Part shown: in pieces, positions 52,596 through 61,892 of the stretch | Layout: the number at the start of each line of letters is the position of its first letter | Numbering within the stretch: the first letter of the stretch is position 1 | Position numbers and translations under genes: made by a program | The notes under the pieces: model-generated | What the model saw: the letters and a program-made list of their open reading frames with translations, nothing else | The model's database searches: none | What the model was told of the DNA's origin: nothing | Origin: Candidatus Cloacimonadales bacterium | Lineage (GTDB): Bacteria; Cloacimonadota; Cloacimonadia; Cloacimonadales; JAFGVF01 | DNA length: 64,000 nucleotides | Assembly: GCA_963677495.2 (NCBI GenBank) | Contig: CAXXOU010000004.1 | Location: 1,441,726 to 1,505,725, forward strand | Direction: 5' to 3'

Positions 52596-54071
52596 ATGAT
52601 TGGAGTAGAAGTGTATCATTCAATAAAAACTATGCATAAGCAAGGGCATAGTCAGCGTAAGATCGCAGAGGAGTTGTCTCTATCAAAGACAACAGTAGGT
52701 AAATACATAAATATGACACTTGATGAGTTCATGGAACTAATAAACAATAGCATTCGTGAAAGCAGTTTTGCCATATGTGAGCAATATGTCCGCGAAAGGC
52801 TTAGCAAATATCCACGATTAAGAGCTAGTGTACTATATTTAGAAGTTAAGAAAAAGTTCCCTGAGATAAAAGCAAAAGACAGAGCTTTCCGAGATTTTGT
52901 TCGTAAGCTAAAGCAGACTTATCCTGTCGATAAATACCGTAATTATGCAGTTATCGAGACGGCTCCCGGTGTTCAGGTTCAAGTTGATCCAGGTGAGATG
53001 AAAGTAGTTTTGGGTAATAAACGTCAAAGAGTTTATTTTATAGTTTTTGTGCTTTCCCACTCGCGTCAAAGCTATGTCCATTGGAGCACAACACCATATA
53101 ACACATCAAGGTTTATTGAAGCTCATCGTGAAGCTTTTATCTATTTTGAAGGTATCCCTTCAGAGTGTGTTTACGACCAGACAAAGCTTGTAGTAATACA
53201 GGAACGCTATCGGGAAGTAATCTTAAATAATCAGTTCCATCAGTTTGCAGCAAAAACGGGCTTTCATCCTCATGTATGCGAAGGCTATGATCCACAAAGC
53301 AAGGGTAAAGTAGAGCGTAATGTCTCAGAAGTAAAGCATGGCTTTATGTATGGCAAAGAGTTCAAAGACCTGGCAGACCTGCGTTCACGCGGACTTGAGT
53401 GGCTTTTACACTTTAACGGCAGAACCCATGGCACAACCCGTAAAGTACCATCAGAAGTATGGCAAGAAGAGAGGTTAAAGCTAAAAGATATTCCAGAGTT
53501 TATCTTCACTTTAGAAGTTCGTAGTGCAGATAAAACAGGCTTAATCTCGTATGAGGGTAATAAGTACTCTGTTCCATTAGAGTATCAGCGAAAACAGGTA
53601 TATGTGCAAAAAGAAAAGAGCACTTTAGTGGTGATGGATATTTATACAAGAAAGGAAATCTGCCAACATGAGCTATGCACAGAAAAAGGCAAAATCATCA
53701 AAAACACTAATCATTATCGGGATTTTACGGTAGTGCTACAAGAGCTTATTGAGCGAGTAAAGGATGAGATGAGTGAATATATCCAAGGAGAAGAACTAAT
53801 CCAGAGGCTTGTTAATGATAACCCTAAAATAGCAAGGGATCAGTTGAGAGCCTTAAGCAAGTTTAAGCGTAACTATGAAACAGATGTATGGGAGTCAGTG
53901 CTTCCTGAGGTAATGACTCTTTCGCATGTAAAGGCAACAGCCATAGAGAAGCTTCTGAATGCAAAAGTAAGACAAATGAAGCTAAATGAATTATCAGAAT
54001 CAGAACCACAACAAGACTCAGAGAGTTCATTAATAGAGCGCTCATTAGATGACTACATGAAGGTGTTATAA
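52596..54071 (+). CDS. istA: IS21 transposase
   Basis: Matches copy 1 except EVRS vs EVRN. Confidence 0.95.
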   Translation: MIGVEVYHSIKTMHKQGHSQRKIAEELSLSKTTVGKYINMTLDEFMELINNSIRESSFAICEQYVRERLSKYPRLRASVLYLEVKKKFPEIKAKDRAFRDFVRKLKQTYPVDKYRNYAVIETAPGVQVQVDPGEMKVVLGNKRQRVYFIVFVLSHSRQSYVHWSTTPYNTSRFIEAHREAFIYFEGIPSECVYDQTKLVVIQERYREVILNNQFHQFAAKTGFHPHVCEGYDPQSKGKVERNVSEVKHGFMYGKEFKDLADLRSRGLEWLLHFNGRTHGTTRKVPSEVWQEERLKLKDIPEFIFTLEVRSADKTGLISYEGNKYSVPLEYQRKQVYVQKEKSTLVVMDIYTRKEICQHELCTEKGKIIKNTNHYRDFTVVLQELIERVKDEMSEYIQGEELIQRLVNDNPKIARDQLRALSKFKRNYETDVWESVLPEVMTLSHVKATAIEKLLNAKVRQMKLNELSESEPQQDSESSLIERSLDDYMKVL

Positions 54072-54072
54072 G

Positions 54073-54804
54073 ATGATAGAGATAACTAAAACATACATCA
54101 AAAGGGCTCGTTGTACTCATATTTTGAATACTCTTGAAAGTGCAGTTTTAGAAGCAGAGAAACAGAATATGACTTATCTGGAGTTCGTACATTATCTATT
54201 TGAAAAAGAGAACTCAGGAAGGAATCAAACCAATATCAACAGAAGACTTAAACAGGCTCACATCCCGGTAATAAAGACCTTTGATGAGTTCGACTATGCT
54301 TATCAACAAGTAATAACCAAAAGACAAGTAAAGGAGTGGAAGAACTTTGTCTGGCTGGAGCAGAGGAGGAATATAATTTTAATGGGACCTCCGGGAGTAG
54401 GTAAGTCTCATGTTGCAACAGCACTCAGTTATGAAGCAATAAAGGCAGGCTATAAGGTGGTGTTTTATAATCTGAACAACCTTATCGAAGAACTTGTACT
54501 AGCTGAAGCAGATAACAACATAGATAAATATCTAAGCAATATAGCCAAGAATGATCTGATAGTTATAGATGAGATGGGGTATCTTCCTCTCCAGACAAAG
54601 GCAGCTAATCTGTTCTTTAGACTCATCCATCTCTTATACGAATTTAGATCAGTAATCATAACATCGAATAGGTTGTTTAATGAATGGGGAGCTATTTTTA
54701 ACGACAATGTGATAGCAACTGCTATTCTTGATAGATTACTCCATCACTCACAACCAATTACAATGCTCGGAGATAGCTTTAGACTAAGGAATTTTCAAAA
54801 ATGA
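54073..54804 (+). CDS. istB: IS21 helper ATPase
   Basis: Matches copy 1 except GKS vs GKT in Walker A. Confidence 0.96.
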   Translation: MIEITKTYIKRARCTHILNTLESAVLEAEKQNMTYLEFVHYLFEKENSGRNQTNINRRLKQAHIPVIKTFDEFDYAYQQVITKRQVKEWKNFVWLEQRRNIILMGPPGVGKSHVATALSYEAIKAGYKVVFYNLNNLIEELVLAEADNNIDKYLSNIAKNDLIVIDEMGYLPLQTKAANLFFRLIHLLYEFRSVIITSNRLFNEWGAIFNDNVIATAILDRLLHHSQPITMLGDSFRLRNFQK

Positions 54805-55291
54805 AGACTGTACCATTTTTAAATGCCAAACTGTACCAATTTAAAATGCCATTGACATTCACCATTTGCAAGGTTTACAACCATTCCAAAGGTGAGATTG
54901 TGTGTTCTACCTTTCGAATGGTCCCTAGACCTTCGAAATGGTGCTCTTGTTATACCTTACTCGAGAAAGGGAGCCTTCAAACGATGGGTGTTATTCCCCT
55001 CTCATAGAGGGGTGGCGACTTGTCGTCGGGGTGTTTCTTCCTTCGGGATTCACCATTTGCAAGGTTTACAACCATTCCAAAGGTGAGATTGTGTGTTCTA
55101 CCTTTCGAATGTACTGTAGCACCGTCAACCCATATTTAAACTTTTTCTATAAATTCCCATGTTCATAACATCATGGATAACTTTCTTAACTTACCCACAT
55201 TCCACACCACGACTATTAGAGCTTTGGTGAGGAGCTCTATTAGCCGTGGATTGTGGATAAGTTATCTATCGAACGCAAGTTATCCACAATA

Positions 55292-56287
55292 CTATGAACA
55301 ATTTATGTTACTGGTTCTGTTTCTTTGCAACGCATAATATGGTGTCCATTCTCTATCATACTTAACAATAGCAAATAGCTGACGCAAAAGCTTGTTAGCT
55401 GTAGCTACTATTGCCTGTTTGTGAGTCTTCTTCTCACTCTTTAGATGGTTGTAATATTGCACAAACTCTTCATTATGCTTTCTCGCACTATTAGCAGCCA
55501 TGTAAAGCATCCGTCTAATTGCAGGACTCCCTTTCTTACTTATTGATCCTCGACCATTCAAGCTAGTCCCGGATTGCCGTGGATTCGGGTTCAGACCTGC
55601 AAATGATACTACTTTCTTTGCATTATCAAACTTACTGAAATCATCATAATAAGCGATAGCTGTAGCAATTGTTAGAGTACCTACACCAGGAATAACTATG
55701 AGCTTTTTATAGATCTTAGTATATCTACTCTTCAAAAACTTCTCTATAGCTTTTTCTAGTGTTTTTGTAGTTTTCTTAATAGATTCAAGCATGTAAGCGT
55801 TAGATTCTTGAACAACTTCGGATACTTGCATTCCTAACTTATATGCATGAATTTGGTTAGTTAGTTCTGTTTTCACTTTAATAAATCTACTATAACTTCT
55901 GAGAAGTTCTATTAGCTCTAACCTGTCGTCTGATGGTGGCTCATAGATGCCACATTCATAGTTGTATCCAAATCTCGCGATAATCTTAGCATCAGCTTTA
56001 TCTGTCTTAACTCTGCTCATTGTTAAATTAGCAAAGGTCTTAATAATAAAAGGATTAACTACATGAATTATATGTTTTTGATTATGTGCTTCCATAGCAA
56101 TCTTGGTATGATATGCACCTGTAGCTTCCATGTAAATATGAACAGAACCGGGAGTAAATGGTTTCAAGAACTCATTAAACTTCTTAGGATCGTTATCAAT
56201 TATAGAATGTTCATGTCTATGTCCATCATATACGCTCACATCCAACTTATCCTTTGATACATCCAATCCAATTACTCTCTTTTTCAT
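55292..56287 (-). CDS. IS110 DEDD recombinase/transposase
   Basis: Same protein as 51155-52150. Confidence 0.96.
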   Translation of the reverse strand: MKKRVIGLDVSKDKLDVSVYDGHRHEHSIIDNDPKKFNEFLKPFTPGSVHIYMEATGAYHTKIAMEAHNQKHIIHVVNPFIIKTFANLTMSRVKTDKADAKIIARFGYNYECGIYEPPSDDRLELIELLRSYSRFIKVKTELTNQIHAYKLGMQVSEVVQESNAYMLESIKKTTKTLEKAIEKFLKSRYTKIYKKLIVIPGVGTLTIATAIAYYDDFSKFDNAKKVVSFAGLNPNPRQSGTSLNGRGSISKKGSPAIRRMLYMAANSARKHNEEFVQYYNHLKSEKKTHKQAIVATANKLLRQLFAIVKYDREWTPYYALQRNRTSNINCS

Positions 56288-56301
56288 AATTTACTCCTTT
56301 A

Positions 56302-56457
56302 CAAATATTATAAGAATAAGTAATCTACCATTGCAAAATACGGGCTTCAATGCCCAATGTACTGTACAGACTAAGCGGAAGGTGGGCTTAACATTCGAAA
56401 CGAGTTTAATGACTCAATGGTCTTATAGCTTATTCACCTTCCCTTATTCTTAATGTC
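56302..56457 (-). ncRNA. Putative bridge RNA of IS110 copy 2
   Basis: Same sequence as 52165-52320. Confidence 0.8.
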
Positions 56458-56629
56458 TGTTTATTTCTCTTATTTTATTTGGTGTCAACTATACAATGGT
56501 CCCTAGACCTTCGAAATGGTGCTCTTGTTATTCCTTACTCGTGTAAGGGAGCCTTCAAACGATGGGTGTTTTCTCCGAATTGCACCATTTGCAAGGTCTC
56601 GCAAACTCAACCATTCCAAAGGTACGATC

Positions 56630-57085
56630 TCATTCCACAATCCAATGCGTCAGGTCATCATACCGTGGAATCATTGGTAGCAACTCATGTTCGATTGCTT
56701 CTTTAACTGTCCTTACCGGTAATCCGGTATCTACAACTACTTGTGGGGTCACTGTTAACAAATCAACGGGATAGCCATCTTTCTTAAGTTTAAACATCAT
56801 CTTTCGTAACAATGCCGAATAACTCGGTGGTCTGCATTTGTGTCGGTAACTTAGTTTGTACCTGTCTGTGTAATCTTTCAAATCATTAATATACTCCGGA
56901 TTGAGAAGTTCTTTGTAAACTGCGAGTTGTTTGGAAACGCTACCCATGTAGTGGTTATGTTCTGTTAACTCTGGCATCACGAACTCTCGTACCCACATGA
57001 TATTTCCATCTTCGTCACAGCAATACACAAGCTTCCCATGTTTACCGGACATCGATTTGAAAGGGAATCCTAAATAACTTTTCAT
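56630..57085 (-). CDS. Uncharacterised ~150-aa multicopy family, paralog D
   Basis: AAGGAGA RBS before MKSYL; SGKHGKLVY, REFVMP, YINDLKDY, VDLLTVT, TVKEAIEHELLP. Confidence 0.87.
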   Translation of the reverse strand: MKSYLGFPFKSMSGKHGKLVYCCDEDGNIMWVREFVMPELTEHNHYMGSVSKQLAVYKELLNPEYINDLKDYTDRYKLSYRHKCRPPSYSALLRKMMFKLKKDGYPVDLLTVTPQVVVDTGLPVRTVKEAIEHELLPMIPRYDDLTHWIVE

Positions 57086-57199
57086 AATGATCTCCTTACT
57101 TGATTGGTTTATAATTGTTTCGGACTGCATCGACTGTGTCGATGCGCATTGACACAGTCAATGTACTCCTAAAGTAAGCTGTATCTGCTCGCATCTATT

Positions 57200-57522
57200 G
57201 TAGTGCAAGTGTCCTCACTTGCTCATAGCTCGCAGAGCTATATCCCTTAAGTACCTTGAGAATGGTCCTTAGACCTTCTCAATGGTGCTTTCCGGAAGAA
57301 GTGAATCGCAACGAAGTGCCTAAGAAGACGGCGTACCTATGTAAATCAACCTTTGTAGTGCTAACACTATCACTATCTAGTTGAGTTCCGGCCAGTGGCA
57401 AATGCCGACTTCGTCGTCACAGCAACTCAGGCCTGTCGGGGCGAAGCCTTTGGCGAAGACCGAAGAGTCGCAGTACATGTAGTGCAAGTGTCCCCACTTG
57501 CTCATAGCTCGCAGAGCTATAT
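57200..57522. repeat. Dispersed copies of the RAYT-array REP modules
   Basis: GTAGTGCAAGTGTCC(T/C)CACTTGCTCATAGCTCGCAGAGCTATA at 57200 and 57479; degenerate B module at 57388-57476. Confidence 0.8.
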
Positions 57523-57644
57523 CCCATATTATATTTTTGGCTTAATGCTTTTACATCAATGGAGTTTGTCAGAACGAATTGAAAACGGACTTCATCTGAT
57601 GTATCTATTCAGCATTTAGCATTGTATGTGCATCTTGCATCTTG

Positions 57645-57743
57645 CATTTTACATTTAGCTATAGGCTTTAGGCTATAAGCTACTAGCTGTGAGACCTCGT
57701 CTCACTCCCCCTTGCTCACAAAACCCTCATTTTACTCACAAAA
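57645..57743 (-). repeat. ~95-bp inverted repeat, left of the defence cassette (upstream module of paralog D)
   Basis: Reverse complement of 61586-61684 with few mismatches. Confidence 0.88.
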
Positions 57744-58170
57744 CCCCAAACTTTTTTCAAAAACCCCAATTATATTTACATCTTGCCCTTTGAAATCTGC
57801 ATTCAGCATTCAGCATTCAGCATTCAGCATTTAGCATTTCGCATTTTGCATTTTGCATCTTGCATCCTCTTTCCCTCTCTACTCTCAGCAGTAATTATTG
57901 CTTGCAAATAAATTCTAACTTATTAACAAATTGGTCACTTCTTGGTATTTAACCCAAGGATTACCCAAGTGTTTCACAAGGGTTTCCCAAGTGTCTCACA
58001 GGAATTACTGCCGGGAGATGAGGGAGAAATGAAGGGAACTTGCGTGGTTTAATAAACTTTAGGGAAAAAGTTAAAAAGTTTCTTGACTTAGTAATCAGTA
58101 AATTATAAAATATATATACTGTCATAAAATAGGGTAAAATTAGAGAAAGTAGAATGATTATTAATCATTA

Positions 58171-59232
58171 ATGGAGAGAAATATGTTCTCATCTATAAGT
58201 TTAACAGATGATACAGTTAAGAATGGACCACCAGTCAAACCTCTTGATAGGATTAAATTGTTTAGTCCCGATGAATGGGAGAAGTTTGTTGAAGAGTGGC
58301 TTTCAACATTGAAGAGTAAGTATCTTAAAGTTGATAGATTAGGTGGATCTGGTGATAAGGGGAGGGATGTAGTTGCAACAATTAACCAATCAGGAGATTG
58401 GGTTAATTATCAATGTAAGCACTATGATCATGCTCTTTATCCATCGGATATTTGGCTAGAAATAGGAAAGCTAGTTTATTATACCAAAATTGGAGACTAT
58501 ACATACCCAAGCAAATATTACTTTGTTGCTCCACAGGGTATTGGAACATCTGTTTATGATTTATTGAATAATCCTAATACAATGAAACGTAAGATATTAG
58601 AAAAATGGGACAAGAATTGTAAAAATAGAATCACTAGAAATGGTTCTGTCCACCTTGATAAATCACTAAAAGAATACATAGACAAACTTGATTTTACCAT
58701 ATTTAGCTATGTTAAACCACTTGAGTTAATAGAGCAGTTTAAAAAAACAAATAATTATACTGCTTGGTTTGGAAATGGCTTACCTGAACGCCCAAAAAAT
58801 AATGAGCCACCCAAAGAGCCATCCGAGAGGGAAACAACATATATTAGAAAACTGCTTGATGCCTACAGTGACTTTAAATGTTTCAAGGTCTCTTCATTAT
58901 TAGATTTGAAAGATCAGGAATTAATTGAACACTTCATGGACTCTCGTATAGAATTTTACTGTGCAGAATCATTAAAAAGATTCTCAAGGGACACTCTACC
59001 GTCAGGAGTTTTCGAAAGATTACAAAATGAAATCTATAATGGAATCAAAGATGAACTAAGAAGAAAACATACCGATGGGTATGAGAAAGTGTTAAGTGTA
59101 ACAAAAACATCTAAACTTATTCAAATCGATAGTCATCCTCTTAAATCATGTTTATCTATAAATGATCGTAGTGGAATCTGCCATCAATTAGCAAATGATA
59201 GAGAAAATGTTAAGTGGGTAAAAGATGAGTAA
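58171..59232 (+). CDS. Lamassu/ABC-3C effector: Mrr-like PD-(D/E)xK nuclease plus C-terminal domain (LmuA-like)
   Basis: DEWEKFVEEW, GGSGDKGRDV...YQCKHY nuclease motif; C-terminal DRSGICHQLAND. Confidence 0.8.
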   Translation: MERNMFSSISLTDDTVKNGPPVKPLDRIKLFSPDEWEKFVEEWLSTLKSKYLKVDRLGGSGDKGRDVVATINQSGDWVNYQCKHYDHALYPSDIWLEIGKLVYYTKIGDYTYPSKYYFVAPQGIGTSVYDLLNNPNTMKRKILEKWDKNCKNRITRNGSVHLDKSLKEYIDKLDFTIFSYVKPLELIEQFKKTNNYTAWFGNGLPERPKNNEPPKEPSERETTYIRKLLDAYSDFKCFKVSSLLDLKDQELIEHFMDSRIEFYCAESLKRFSRDTLPSGVFERLQNEIYNGIKDELRRKHTDGYEKVLSVTKTSKLIQIDSHPLKSCLSINDRSGICHQLANDRENVKWVKDE

Positions 59233-59722
59233 TTCAAAAACAATAACGCAACCGTTAAATAGTCCAATTGAACTAGGAGTTAGGGCATTGATTCTCTTAA
59301 TTGAATGCTTTCCTCAAAAATTAAGCTTGCAACAATTAGTAGCATTAGATTACATTCTTGTTCATTCTGATGACTTTTCTGGGGGTCCTAAAAGCATTCA
59401 TCCTAAACTACCAAGAAGGAGTGGAGAGTTTCTCATTAAAAGGAAAATTATACGTAATGGTTGCATATTATTCATTAAGAAAGGGTTAATTAATCAGGTA
59501 TTTACATCTGATGGGATAAAATATGAAGCATCAGAAAGTTCTGTTAATTTTCTTGATTCTTTAACAACGGAATACATTTCAGAGTTAAGGGATAGGAGTC
59601 ATTGGGTTATTAGTTACTTAGGCGACCAAAGTGAAAATAGTCTGAATAAAGAAATACTGAGCAAAATGGATGAATGGGGATCAGAATTTACAATGGAATC
59701 AGTTTTATGGGAAGGGTTTTAA
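59225..59722 (+). CDS. ABC-3C middle component (LmuC-like)
   Basis: NSPIELGVRAL...LDYILVHS.D..GGPKSIHP..RSGEF; lies between effector and ATPase. Confidence 0.78.
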   Translation: MSNSKTITQPLNSPIELGVRALILLIECFPQKLSLQQLVALDYILVHSDDFSGGPKSIHPKLPRRSGEFLIKRKIIRNGCILFIKKGLINQVFTSDGIKYEASESSVNFLDSLTTEYISELRDRSHWVISYLGDQSENSLNKEILSKMDEWGSEFTMESVLWEGF

Positions 59723-59723
59723 A

Positions 59724-61574
59724 ATGGAATATAAAGGTTTTAGGTTAAGGAAATTAACACTATCAGGAGAAAAAGTAAAAAATGCGGAAGTTTGTTTTAA
59801 AAATGGCTTAAATCTAATCATCGGTCCATCTGATACTGGTAAATCATTCATCTTCCAATGTGTAGACTATTTGCTTGGAAGCTCAACTCCACCTAAAAAT
59901 ATTGATGAGTTAGATGGATATGAGATGATATCATTAGAAATTGAGATTTCATCTAAAATGAAAAATGTAATTCTCCAACGAAGTATAAGACATGGTAAAA
60001 CAATAACGATTTTAAATTTTAAAGAAGAACCTTATCCTGTAAAGTCTACCCATCAAGCTAAAAATTTTGATAATATTTCACACTTTCTACTTAGCTTTAT
60101 TGGTCTTACGCAGAAGAAGATAAAATTTAAAGCAAACAAAACACAAAATTTTACTTTTCGTAGAATAGCTCCCTTAACTATGGTTTCTGAAGAAGACATT
60201 ATTAAGGACACTTCTCCATTTTTATCTGGACAGTTTACTTCTGTAACACCTGAGAAACATGCACTTAAACTACTACTGACAAATGATGATGACTCTTCAA
60301 TTAGAGACTTCGATGATATTAAAATTATTAATGCAAATACTAATGGCAAGAAGGAGTTATTGAATCTGCTAATTGAGACTCAGCTGCAAAGTTTTAAGCA
60401 GTTGAAAATCAATTTAAATCTAGAAGAAATGGAAGATGAACTTAAAGCATTAGAAGCTAAATCCCAAGAAGCATCTAGCTTGAGCAATTCTTTAACACAA
60501 ATGGCTAATGAAAAAGAGTGTAAAAGGAATGCCGTTCTTAATGAACTTAGAATACAGAATACACGTGTTAGTATATTAGAAGAGTTGAAGACAAAATTTT
60601 CATTACTAGAAGAACAATACAAATCTGATATCAATCGACTCAAAGCAATTAATGAAACCACTAATCTACTAAGCAGTATTGAAGTAAATCACTGCCCAAC
60701 TTGTGGAGCTGAAAGGGATCATTTTGAGAAGGAAAATGCAAAATACGATTTCAATCCAGATGAAATGTCAATTTCTTGCAAAGCCGAGAAAAATAAGATT
60801 ACGTTGCTACTAAATGACCTTAAATTAGCTATAAAAGATATTGATTCAGAGTATAAGAACTTAATAGAAAACAGAATGAGAACAAAAGAAGAACTTAGTT
60901 TAATTGAGGAAGAACTTACGGTGTTCTACAAAACTAAAATTGAAGATATCTTGAACGACTTAGAAGTTATTAAAGATAGAATCATTGTGCTAAACAAAGG
61001 AGTTTCCTTTTTACAAAGAATAAATGAACTAGATGAGCAACTTAGGGTAATACCAGACGGTATTAAAATATCAAAACAAAGTAATTCAGATCAAATTATA
61101 GCACCAAATAAGATGAAAGAGCTGTGTGAAATGATAGAAGAGTTAATAAAACTATGGCAGTGCCCAGACATGAATAGTGTCATATTTAACTATAAATCAT
61201 TTGATATAGTCATATCTGGAGCAGAAAGAGCTAGTCATGGGAAAGGAGTTAGGGCTATTATGCATTCTGCAGTCACACTAGGATTGTTAAAGTATTGTAT
61301 TGCTAATAATTTATCACATCCTGGATTTGTAATCCTTGATTCTCCACTTCTAGTATATCAGGAGTCTAAAAGAGACAATAATGAAAAAAATTATAGTGAT
61401 AATGTGAAATGTTGCTTTTATAATGACTTAGCTAAAAACTATAAGGATCAGCAAATAGTAATTATTGAAAATGAAGTGCCACCAGAGTTTATTATCAATG
61501 ATTCTTCAGTTAATATAATCAAGTTTACAGAACCTATATATGATGGATTTATCCCATTTAATGAAAAAAAATAA
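59724..61574 (+). CDS. SMC/Rad50-like ABC ATPase (LmuB-like)
   Basis: Walker A GPSDTGKS, coiled coils with central CPTC zinc hook, SHGKG signature region, VILDSP Walker B, IIENE. Confidence 0.85.
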   Translation: MEYKGFRLRKLTLSGEKVKNAEVCFKNGLNLIIGPSDTGKSFIFQCVDYLLGSSTPPKNIDELDGYEMISLEIEISSKMKNVILQRSIRHGKTITILNFKEEPYPVKSTHQAKNFDNISHFLLSFIGLTQKKIKFKANKTQNFTFRRIAPLTMVSEEDIIKDTSPFLSGQFTSVTPEKHALKLLLTNDDDSSIRDFDDIKIINANTNGKKELLNLLIETQLQSFKQLKINLNLEEMEDELKALEAKSQEASSLSNSLTQMANEKECKRNAVLNELRIQNTRVSILEELKTKFSLLEEQYKSDINRLKAINETTNLLSSIEVNHCPTCGAERDHFEKENAKYDFNPDEMSISCKAEKNKITLLLNDLKLAIKDIDSEYKNLIENRMRTKEELSLIEEELTVFYKTKIEDILNDLEVIKDRIIVLNKGVSFLQRINELDEQLRVIPDGIKISKQSNSDQIIAPNKMKELCEMIEELIKLWQCPDMNSVIFNYKSFDIVISGAERASHGKGVRAIMHSAVTLGLLKYCIANNLSHPGFVILDSPLLVYQESKRDNNEKNYSDNVKCCFYNDLAKNYKDQQIVIIENEVPPEFIINDSSVNIIKFTEPIYDGFIPFNEKK

Positions 61575-61585
61575 AAAACTTTACC

Positions 61586-61684
61586 ATTTTGTGAGTAAAA
61601 CGGGCATTTTGTGAGCAAGGGGAAGTGAAACGAGGTTTCACAGCTAATAGCTTATAGCCTAAAGCCTATAGTTAAATGCAAATC
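61586..61684 (+). repeat. ~95-bp inverted repeat, right of the defence cassette (upstream module of paralog E)
   Basis: TTTTGTGAGTAAAA..TTTTGTGAGCAAGGGG..GTGAAACGAGGTTTCAC..AGCTTATAGCCTAAAGCCTATAG. Confidence 0.88.
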
Positions 61685-61892
61685 ATAATTACTAACATCA
61701 GATGAAATCCGTATCAGTGATACATTACTGAACCCTCACCAGTCTTCGCGTAAAGCTACGCCCTGACTGGCCTTAATCCTCTCCCCGAAGGGGCGAGGAG
61801 ATTGATGTTGAATACCTAACTGCAGAAGGGTAAATACACAAAAGGGTCGCGTAGGAGAGTTGATCACTCCTAGACGATAATGGTAATCCAAA

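Larger units (their letters stand above)
52498..54857 (+). mobile_element. IS21-family element, copy 2 (2360 bp)
   Basis: Same IRs as copy 1; 7-bp TSD TTCACCA at 52491-52497 and 54858-54864. Confidence 0.95.
55108..56498 (-). mobile_element. IS110-family element, copy 2
   Basis: Apparently identical to copy 1 (offset 4137 bp), at the same target position in the repeat unit. Confidence 0.93.
50780..56625. repeat. Tandem ~190-bp repeat array (three full units and one shortened) carrying two IS110 and one IS21
   Basis: Unit ATGGTCCCTAGACCTTCGAAATGG...CTACCTTTCGA at 50781, 52359 (split by IS21), 54918 and 56496. Confidence 0.9.
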
